The translations under genes were made by a program, and so were the position numbers. Below are positions 57,321 through 64,000 of a stretch of DNA of 64,000 nt, in pieces. Under the pieces are notes generated by a model. The model made no database searches. It saw only the letters and a program-made list of their open reading frames with translations, and was not told where the DNA came from. The stretch comes from a virus. The first letter of the stretch is position 1, and each line of letters opens with the position of its first letter. The stretch is from the IMG/VR virus record IMGVR_UViG_3300029237_000366; one strand, written 5' to 3'.

Positions 57321-57684
57321 TTACCCTTATACATATGAAGATTCCGATGAGCTGTGGCTCAAGCAGGAGGAGATTCTTGAGAACCCGTTTGAAAACGAAG
57401 CGGAGCTGGAACGATACATAGAGCGTGAGCGGATGCGCTTTTACCGAGAATGGTTCCAATATACAGCCGAAGACTACGAGTAAGGATTTTATTTTTCCCT
57501 TATCATAGCAATTAAATATAATACAACTGTGAGGTGAGCAAGTCTGGCAAAACAGTTAGTATGTCAGAAGTATATCTTCAAACTGCATAGCAGCAGACTG
57601 CGAAAGGCTAAGTGGAAGCTGACGCTACCCATAGCGGAGGCGCGACGAAACGATGAGGTCATTTCGCTTGCAGACAGCCAGGTA

Positions 57685-60288
57685 TTGCGCTGGCTGGATG
57701 AGCTGAACGGGATTACCGATGCTGAGGTCAGAGCGAAGGAAATCAAGATGGAAATTCGGCGTCTGCGCAAAGAGCAGAACAGTGTGCAGAACCGCCGCCG
57801 TATCAAGCAGCTTTATGCTCAGCTGGATACTATCCAGTTCAAGCCGGATTATCTGTGCGTAATCATCGACAAGGAAAAAGACTATCACCGTGCCTGCCGT
57901 GGATTCAGCATTAACGGCATCAAGTATCAGCGGCTCTTGGGGACGAATGGCGGCGTCAAGAATGAGACGATTGTCTTTGTCAGCGAACGGCACGCAGATG
58001 AAATCCGTAGGCGTATCAACAACGGTCGCAATATGGAAAAGGCGATGGTGCCTGCCAAGCTGGAAGCTTATAACGCATTGACTTGCAGCGCATCCATCCC
58101 CGTGTCTATGCCGCACGGTATTCTGGTGGTAAGCGACTGTGAGACGGAGTTCCTGTCCGATATCATTTACCTGAACGATGAGGGCGACGGCGAACCTGTA
58201 ATGGAGGAGCGTAAGCAAACAACGGTGCAGCTTAAGGAGTCAGACGGATATGGCCTGATGCTTCCATCTCTGGCAAGGCGTTGGTCAGAGGAGCTTGAAC
58301 TTGACTATCTTGTCAGCGGAGTGAACACCAGATTCTCATGGGAGAAGGGTATGGTATTTACCTTTGACTTTTTGGACTTCGCCGAGAATATCGCAGGGAC
58401 TTACATTGTCAAGGACGCATGGGGTAACGATGTGGATGTGCGGAATGTGGAACTGATACTGACAACATCCATGTTGAAGCTGTGGGACGCCTATGACAGC
58501 TGCGATGACTATGTGCAGAATTGTCTCCGCAACGGTTATACCTTCGGCGTGGCGAAGACCTGCCCCAGAGAGCTGGAAAGCGAGAGAACACTGAACTATC
58601 AGTTCATCCAGAGCTATGAGCTGGATGACGCAGATATGGAGCAGCTCATCAAGCCAACAATGGATGAGATAAAGGATGTGCTGTATGCCGATTGGGCAAA
58701 AACCGTTCTGTTTCTCAAAGGCGCAGGGCTGAACGAAGAGAATGTCGGCTGCATGGAAAACGACTTTATAAAAGCACTGATGATTGAGCCCCACATTCTT
58801 AACGACCCCTATGTTCAGAGTAGCGTTTACCAGATGATAAAGAACCGCATTAACGAGGCTAAGGTGGGTGTGCTGAAGGTACACGGAAATTATTCCATTG
58901 TGTCCGGCGACCCCTACTCCCTCTGTCAGCACATCTTTGCCATGCCGGTGACGGGGCTGTTAAAGGCCGGTGAAATCTATAACCAGTACTGGTGCCGACA
59001 GGGCGCGCAGAAGCTTGCCTGCTATCGAGCACCCATGACCTGCCACAATAATATTCGATTGGTGTATCCGAACCACAGCGAGGTGGCGGCTTACTGGTAT
59101 CAGTATATGACGACCTGCACTATCTTCAATTCGTGGGACACTGCTGCCCATGCCCTGAATGGCATGGACAAAGATGGCGACCTTGTGATGTTGACCGATA
59201 ACGATGTTCTCGTCCGCAACCTGAGAGAACTTCCTGCGCTGATGTGTGTGCAGCGTAATGCCAAAAAGAAAATCGTCACCGAGGCAGACTTCATTCAGGC
59301 GAATATCGACAGCTTCGGCGACGATATCGGAAAAACAACAAACTGGATTACCTCCATGTTTGATGTGCGGGCGCAATTCAAAAAGGGCAGCGAAGAATAC
59401 GAGGCGCTTGATTATCGTATCAAGTGTGGACAGCTATTCCAACAGAATGCTATCGACAAGGCCAAAGGTATTATTGCCAAACCCATGCCGAGAGAATGGC
59501 ACGACCGCCACAGCGTCAACACCATTGAAGACCCCGCCAAGCGCCGCTTTTATCAGAAAATCGTAGCGGATAAGAAGCCGTATTTCATGCGTATTATCTA
59601 TCCTGCGCTGATGAAGCAATACAATACATACATAAAAAACACCAATAAGAATGCCATGCGTGAATTCCAGATGACGGTAGATGAATTGCTGGAGCTGCCG
59701 CCTACCGAACTGAGTGACCGGCAGAAGGATTTCCTCCGCTATTATGAGTCCCGGATGCCCGTGGGTAATCACGACTGTGTGATGAACCGGATATGCCACC
59801 GTTTCGAGCAAGAGTTTGACGGGTATCTCGGACGGCACAGTGCAGAGACGGAGTTTGACTACACCGTTATGAAAAGCGGCGCCGCTTATACCCGTTCACA
59901 GTACAACGCAATTCTGAAGCTGTATGAGAATTATAACCACCGGCTGCGCAGCTATGCTGTGTTTGCGAACTACGAAAGGGTAGACGAGTATGACACCTTC
60001 TCAAAGATGATGGAAATGCGCACTGAGTTTGAGCAGGAGTGCAGCAAGATTTGCTCCAATCGGTTTGCTCTGTGCGACATCGTATTGGACATTTGCTACC
60101 GGAAGAGCTCGACCAAACGGTTTGCATGGGAGATGTGCGGAAATGAAATCATCTGCAATCTGCTGAACAAGCACGAGGGATTGATTTCTTATCCGACTAT
60201 CGACCCCGCCGGAGAAATCGTGTTCTGCGGGAATCGCTTTACCCTGAGACAAAAAAGACTGGAGGAATTCAATGAGCATTGTTCTTAA
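57685..60288 (+). CDS. Large hypothetical protein (867 aa), possibly a replication or primase-type protein
   Basis: Long ORF translationally coupled to the next gene; no confident motif. Confidence 0.4.
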   Translation: MRWLDELNGITDAEVRAKEIKMEIRRLRKEQNSVQNRRRIKQLYAQLDTIQFKPDYLCVIIDKEKDYHRACRGFSINGIKYQRLLGTNGGVKNETIVFVSERHADEIRRRINNGRNMEKAMVPAKLEAYNALTCSASIPVSMPHGILVVSDCETEFLSDIIYLNDEGDGEPVMEERKQTTVQLKESDGYGLMLPSLARRWSEELELDYLVSGVNTRFSWEKGMVFTFDFLDFAENIAGTYIVKDAWGNDVDVRNVELILTTSMLKLWDAYDSCDDYVQNCLRNGYTFGVAKTCPRELESERTLNYQFIQSYELDDADMEQLIKPTMDEIKDVLYADWAKTVLFLKGAGLNEENVGCMENDFIKALMIEPHILNDPYVQSSVYQMIKNRINEAKVGVLKVHGNYSIVSGDPYSLCQHIFAMPVTGLLKAGEIYNQYWCRQGAQKLACYRAPMTCHNNIRLVYPNHSEVAAYWYQYMTTCTIFNSWDTAAHALNGMDKDGDLVMLTDNDVLVRNLRELPALMCVQRNAKKKIVTEADFIQANIDSFGDDIGKTTNWITSMFDVRAQFKKGSEEYEALDYRIKCGQLFQQNAIDKAKGIIAKPMPREWHDRHSVNTIEDPAKRRFYQKIVADKKPYFMRIIYPALMKQYNTYIKNTNKNAMREFQMTVDELLELPPTELSDRQKDFLRYYESRMPVGNHDCVMNRICHRFEQEFDGYLGRHSAETEFDYTVMKSGAAYTRSQYNAILKLYENYNHRLRSYAVFANYERVDEYDTFSKMMEMRTEFEQECSKICSNRFALCDIVLDICYRKSSTKRFAWEMCGNEIICNLLNKHEGLISYPTIDPAGEIVFCGNRFTLRQKRLEEFNEHCS

Positions 60289-61039
60289 CGAATATGACTG
60301 GGCGGAGAGAATGTTGAACAACCACGAGCTTGGGCAGAAACCCGTGGAGACGCTTAACCGCATTTCAAGATACTACTATGCGAACCAATACAGCAAAAAA
60401 GAGATTCGGCGGCTGCTCGACTCCTTTATGCTGCAGTGCGACCCGTCTGTTTCGCTTGTCCAGTGGTCGGATATTCTGGATAAGCTGACAAAGAATGTCG
60501 CCAAGTTCCCATTGATTCGGTTGGACGGGGTTGACATCACCGAGAACGAACTGCGAAAGATTGAGTCGCTTGAAGGAAAGCAGCTTCGGCGATTGGCGTT
60601 CACGCTGTTGTGTGTTGCCAAGTACTGGGACGCCGCATCCGACAAGAACAATCATTGGGTCAACAGTTCCGATAAGGAAGTTATGCAGATGGCGAATATC
60701 AATACATCTATCAAACGGCAGAGCCTTATGTTCGCAGAACTGCGCAGTGCTGGTTTTATTCGGTTTTCCAAAAAGATTGACAATCTGAATGTGCAGGTGT
60801 GTTTTATGGAAAACGGTAAAACAGCGATACATATTCAGGACTTCCGCAACCTGGGCTATCAGTACATGAAGCATTATGGCGGACAATACTTTGAGTGCGA
60901 GAACTGTGGTCTGACGGTAAAGGTACAAGAACCCGCCAAAGGCCGTCCGCAAAAGTATTGTCCCAACTGCGCTGTGGAGCTTCACACAAGACAGATTGTA
61001 AATTCAGTAATGCGCCGAAGACAGGCTTTGAAAAATTGA
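60272..61039 (+). CDS. Hypothetical protein with a C-terminal zinc ribbon
   Basis: CENCGL...CPNC. Confidence 0.4.
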   Translation: MSIVLNEYDWAERMLNNHELGQKPVETLNRISRYYYANQYSKKEIRRLLDSFMLQCDPSVSLVQWSDILDKLTKNVAKFPLIRLDGVDITENELRKIESLEGKQLRRLAFTLLCVAKYWDAASDKNNHWVNSSDKEVMQMANINTSIKRQSLMFAELRSAGFIRFSKKIDNLNVQVCFMENGKTAIHIQDFRNLGYQYMKHYGGQYFECENCGLTVKVQEPAKGRPQKYCPNCAVELHTRQIVNSVMRRRQALKN

Positions 61040-61392
61040 ATCTGTTTACAAAAAGTACCCCCGTCAAACCGTTGTGCCACAAGGTAAAAGGGCGTGTTTG
61101 ATGGGGTGTTGTAATGAATGATAAAAGCAAATCTATAAAATAAAAATTTGAAGCAAAGGATGATAGTTCAGTGATTGCAATTACTTTATCAGAAAAAGAG
61201 GCCATTCGTGAGAGGTTCCCCCGTGTTCACATTGTGCGCACGATGAAGAGCGACTCAAAACGGCATCATTATTATATGGTTGAGGAGGGCGCCCCCATGA
61301 GACTGCTGCGCAGCCTGCGTGGGCAGGAGCGCCCTCGTGACAAACGAAAGGGAGTGTAAGCCATAGGCACCAATACAGCAAGCTATAAAGAA

Positions 61393-62559
61393 ATGCGCAA
61401 CATCGTTATGGGAAAGCTGGTTGACCACACCATAGACGATGAGTACGAGGATTTGAGCGAGCGTCTGTTTGGTGAGGGCAACTGCTTCAACTCCAGTGAA
61501 GTCCGGAAGAGGATGTACGGGATGCGTACCATCATCGAAGCTATTGAGCGTGACGGTGAGGACGCCGTATGCGATGAAGAGCAGCTGTCTGCACTGGAGA
61601 CCAGACGCATTGAGCTGCTCAAGGAACGACAGAAGTTCTTTGACCAGAGAAATGCATTCAACAAACTAATTCGTGAGCGTTCCCGACAGGAGGAACTTAA
61701 CGAGATTCTTGTGGAGGCAGTCAGGAACGGAAACTTACCTCGCCTTGCCTATGAGCCGTGCCACATCGAGCCGTCCGACAATGACCTATTGGTCAGTCTC
61801 AACGACATCCATTACGGTGCGGATGTGGACAACCATTGGAATACATACAACTCAGATGTGTGCAGAGAGATGATGTGCCGATATCTGGATAAGGTCGTTG
61901 CTATTGGTGAGACTCACGGCAGCGAGAATTGTATTGTCTGGTCAAACGGCGACGCAATCAGCGGCAATATTCACCAGTCTATTGCTGTCACCAACAAAGA
62001 GAATGTGATTGAGCAAATCAAGGGTGTTTCAGAATTGATTGCAGAGTTCATTGCCGAACTGAGCAAGCATTTCAAGTCTGTGGTGTTTGTCAGTGTGGCG
62101 GGCAATCACAGCCGCATTACGCCCAACAAGGATGACGCTTTGCTCAGCGAGCGTTTAGACGACTTGGTCGAGTGGTATCTCGGCGCACGATTGCAGAACT
62201 TTGAGAATGTAACGATTGGTGCAGCGGAAGGAAGCTCCGTCAAAATCGACAGCACCATGTATCTTATCAATATCCGTGGCAAGACATACTGTGGCGTACA
62301 CGGAGATTTTGATGGTTCCGCCAGCAAAGTGCAGGCATTGCAGACAATGGCAAGAACTCCGCTGTACGCCGTGTTGTCCGGGCACTTGCACCATAACAAG
62401 ATTGATGAAGTGCAAGGCGTCAAGACCATCATGGCAGGAAGCTTTCTCGGAATGGATGATTACTGCGTACAGAAACGAATTTACGGGAAAGCAGAGCAGA
62501 TGGTATGTATCTGCGATGCAGAGGGAGTTCGCTGTTCTTACGGCGTCCCACTTCAATAA
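61393..62559 (+). CDS. Calcineurin-like metallophosphoesterase (SbcD/Mre11-like nuclease or phosphatase)
   Basis: DIHYGAD, GNHS and GHLHH motifs after an N-terminal coiled coil. Confidence 0.65.
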   Translation: MRNIVMGKLVDHTIDDEYEDLSERLFGEGNCFNSSEVRKRMYGMRTIIEAIERDGEDAVCDEEQLSALETRRIELLKERQKFFDQRNAFNKLIRERSRQEELNEILVEAVRNGNLPRLAYEPCHIEPSDNDLLVSLNDIHYGADVDNHWNTYNSDVCREMMCRYLDKVVAIGETHGSENCIVWSNGDAISGNIHQSIAVTNKENVIEQIKGVSELIAEFIAELSKHFKSVVFVSVAGNHSRITPNKDDALLSERLDDLVEWYLGARLQNFENVTIGAAEGSSVKIDSTMYLINIRGKTYCGVHGDFDGSASKVQALQTMARTPLYAVLSGHLHHNKIDEVQGVKTIMAGSFLGMDDYCVQKRIYGKAEQMVCICDAEGVRCSYGVPLQ

Positions 62560-62568
62560 ACAACCCGC

Positions 62569-62607
62569 GAGGGCTGTCCGCAATGGGCAGCCCTCTTCTG
62601 ATTTTGG
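62569..62607 (+). terminator. Rho-independent terminator
   Basis: GAGGGCTG-N11-CAGCCCTC followed by TTCTGATTTTGG. Confidence 0.5.
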
Positions 62608-62613
62608 TTTGGT

Positions 62614-62832
62614 TCCACCACCTATTCCGTTTCTGGAGAAGGAACGCAGTACGCATATTACAAGGCAGGCAACTCGAAGGTGAAGAACAAAGGTGGCTCC
62701 GCTACCTCCTGGTGGGAGCGTTCTCCTTTTTCTGGCAACAGCTATTATTTCTGTCGTGTCTACAGCAACGGCAGCGCCATCTATTACAACGCCAGCGACA
62801 GTTTTGGCGTCGCTTTCGGCTTCTGCGTCTAA
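62614..62832 (+). pseudogene. Start-less C-terminal fragment paralogous to the DUF1566-like gene at 45474-46148
   Basis: Frame translates ...SWWERSPFSGNSYYFCRVYSNGSAIYYNASDSFGVAFGFCV*, against ...MLRSPRSGNSDRFCDVYSTGTANNYYADSSHGVAFGFCT* in the paralog; the last ~40 nt are nearly identical, and there is no ATG or RBS. Confidence 0.5.
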
Positions 62833-62883
62833 CCTCTCCACCCTGCCGCATTTGCTTTGACGCAGAATATAAGTTTTTACATG

Positions 62884-62959
62884 GGGTCGTGGTCAAGCGG
62901 CTAAGACACCGCCCTTTCACGGCGGTAACGATGGGTTCGATTCCCTCCGACCTCACCAT
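62884..62959 (+). tRNA. tRNA-Glu(TTC)
   Basis: 76 nt: GGGGTCG acceptor, 3-bp D-stem GTC/GAC, anticodon arm CCGCC-CTTTCAC-GGCGG, TTCGATT T-loop (stem with a bulged T), CCA. Confidence 0.8.
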
Positions 62960-62965
62960 ACTTTG

Positions 62966-63051
62966 GGAGAGTGGTAGAGCGGTCAATTACAGCAGACTGT
63001 AAATCTGCCGCCTTCGGGCTGCGTTGGTTCAAATCCAACCTCTCCCACCAT
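62966..63051 (+). tRNA. tRNA-Tyr(GTA)
   Basis: 86 nt: GGGAGAG acceptor, anticodon arm GCAGA-CTGTAAA-TCTGC, long variable arm CGCC-TTCG-GGCTGCG, TTGG-TTCAAAT-CCAA T-arm, CCA. Confidence 0.85.
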
Positions 63052-63054
63052 ATT

Positions 63055-63130
63055 GCGGGCAGGACAAGCGGTTAAGTCGCAGGTCTCATAAACCTTGAGG
63101 AATCGGTTCAACTCCGATGCCCGCAACCAG
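63055..63130 (+). tRNA. tRNA with a CAT anticodon (Met, or Ile2 if lysidine-modified)
   Basis: 76 nt: TGCGGGC/GCCCGCA acceptor with a U1-A72 pair, D-stem GAC/GTC, anticodon loop CTCATAA, ATCGG-TTCAACT-CCGAT T-arm, CCA. Confidence 0.75.
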
Positions 63131-63163
63131 TTTTTAATTCAATAGAAAGCGAGGTGGCTTGTA

Positions 63164-64000
63164 TGCCCCGAAAAACAAAGCAAAACGAAATCACAAGCCC
63201 TGAGCTTTTAAGTCAGGTCAACTCGGAAAACATCCGGCTAAAACAGGATTTTATTGCCTATCTGCAGTCTGTGCAGCGCAGTCCGAAGACGATTGCGGGC
63301 TATGCAAATGACCTTGATATTTTCTGGGTTTGGAATTTACAGAACAACGGGAACAAGTTTTTCCCGAAAATCTCCAAGCGTGATTACGCAGCATATCAGC
63401 ATTGGCTCATCAATGAGAACGGTAATTCTCCCGCTCGTGTGCGGCGATTGAAGTCTGCGATTTCCTCGCTCTCCAATTATGTGGAGAACATCTTGGATGA
63501 TGAAGATGAGTTTAAGGGGTTCCGTTCTACCGTAAGAAAGATAGAGAACCCTGCTATGCAACAGGTGCGAAAGAAAACGGTGTGGAGCGATGAGGCGCTG
63601 GATAAGCTACTTGATGACCTGCTTGCTTCCGGGCAAAACAAAAAAGCCTGTGCCGTGGCTCTCGCTATGTGCAGTGGACGGCGTAAGGCAGAGCTTTGCC
63701 GATTCCGGGTTGACGATTTCAAAGACGACAACCTTGTATGCGGCGGGGCGTTGTACAAGACCAGTGAGCCGATTCAGACAAAAGGGTTCGGCCTGGGCAA
63801 ATACATTTACTGCTACACGCTGGCAAAAAAGTTCAAACCATATTTTGATGCATGGATGCGTGAACGGACGGAACTTGGTATTGAAAGTGAGTGGCTGTTT
63901 CCTGCTGGAACGACAAGTGAACAAATGAGTGAGACAACGCTCAACAGCTGGGCGAACACCTTTAGCAGGATGACAGGTGAAGATTTTTACTGGCACAGTC
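63164..64000 (+). CDS. Tyrosine integrase, 3'-partial (runs off the right edge)
   Basis: Translated by hand; N-terminal SAM-like domain (FIAYLQSVQRSPKTIAGYANDLDIFWVW) and catalytic motifs (ALAMCSGRRKAEL; EDFYWHS...); lies 33 bp after the tRNA(CAT). Confidence 0.8.

Noticed and set aside
57321-57480. A roughly 50-codon frame (YEDSDELWLKQEEILENPFENEAELERYIERERMRFYREWFQYTAEDYE*) after the P-loop gene
   Set aside because: There is no ATG, GTG or TTG start with an RBS in frame. It could be a frameshifted extension or chance, so it is not called
20047-64000. A CRISPR array anywhere in the window
   Set aside because: No short regularly spaced repeat-spacer units were seen. The only tandem repeat is the 56-bp x2 duplication at 53178-53289

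Overview
This window is a gene-dense, phage-like accessory region. Almost all genes sit on the minus strand, and no capsid, tail or terminase genes are present in the 64 kb. Six blocks are recognisable.

(1) An early replication module at 664-10249: a DnaE-type Pol III alpha with a PHP domain, a DnaG-like primase, a DnaB helicase, a Cas4-like Fe-S nuclease, an SSB, an ERF-type annealing protein and an HD hydrolase. It is followed by a solo MazF/PemK toxin gene and a divergent cI-like repressor (HTH plus S24 peptidase, 11446-12252, plus strand), with inverted repeats in the 290-bp switch region.

(2) A large set of RNA end-repair and maturation genes: a CCA-adding enzyme, a Pol-beta-type nucleotidyltransferase, a NifS/IscS cysteine desulfurase, two calcineurin-like metallophosphoesterases, a Thg1-like 3'-5' polymerase, an Rnl-type RNA ligase, a ligase with a KxNG motif I, and RtcB. 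At least 13 tRNA genes are interspersed (Thr x2, Trp-like, Leu x3, Ser, Lys, Ala, Asp-like, Glu, Tyr, Met/Ile-CAT), several of them non-canonical, along with tRNA-like fragments.

(3) A free-standing reverse transcriptase (38965-40122, PQG/YADD motifs, no endonuclease domain) sits inside an array of paralogous structured noncoding elements of about 250 nt. Three copies flank the reverse transcriptase and two more distant, divergent copies lie at about 21150-21330 and 35740-35860. All share a hairpin (ACTTNN-GCCTTTGGCG-NNAAGC) whose stem changes are compensatory between copies, which is the signature of a conserved RNA structure. I consider this the most likely novel system in the window.

(4) An E1-like (ThiF/MoeB) adenylyltransferase next to a JAMM/JAB metalloprotease (41309-42957), flanked by DUF1566-like paralogs, a 75-aa beta-grasp-like ORF, a radical SAM enzyme and an HU protein.

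(5) A GC-rich insertion (about 52650-54700) carrying a regulator with a sigma-70 region-4-like HTH. An exact 56-bp tandem duplication lies on one side of the gene, and a 22-bp motif from that repeat recurs on the other side.

(6) A plus-strand block with a small tyrosine integrase, a P-loop protein, an 867-aa protein and a metallophosphoesterase. It ends in a C-terminal fragment that duplicates the end of a DUF1566-like gene, then the tRNAs Glu-Tyr-Met(CAT), then a second integrase that runs off the right edge.

Many small zinc-ribbon and highly acidic proteins (candidate DNA mimics), an SPFH/DUF2179 membrane pair, a glucosaminidase-like secreted protein and a DUF3990 (ART-fold) protein are also present. 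All calls were made by eye from motifs in the supplied translations. No database search or tRNA-scanning program was run.
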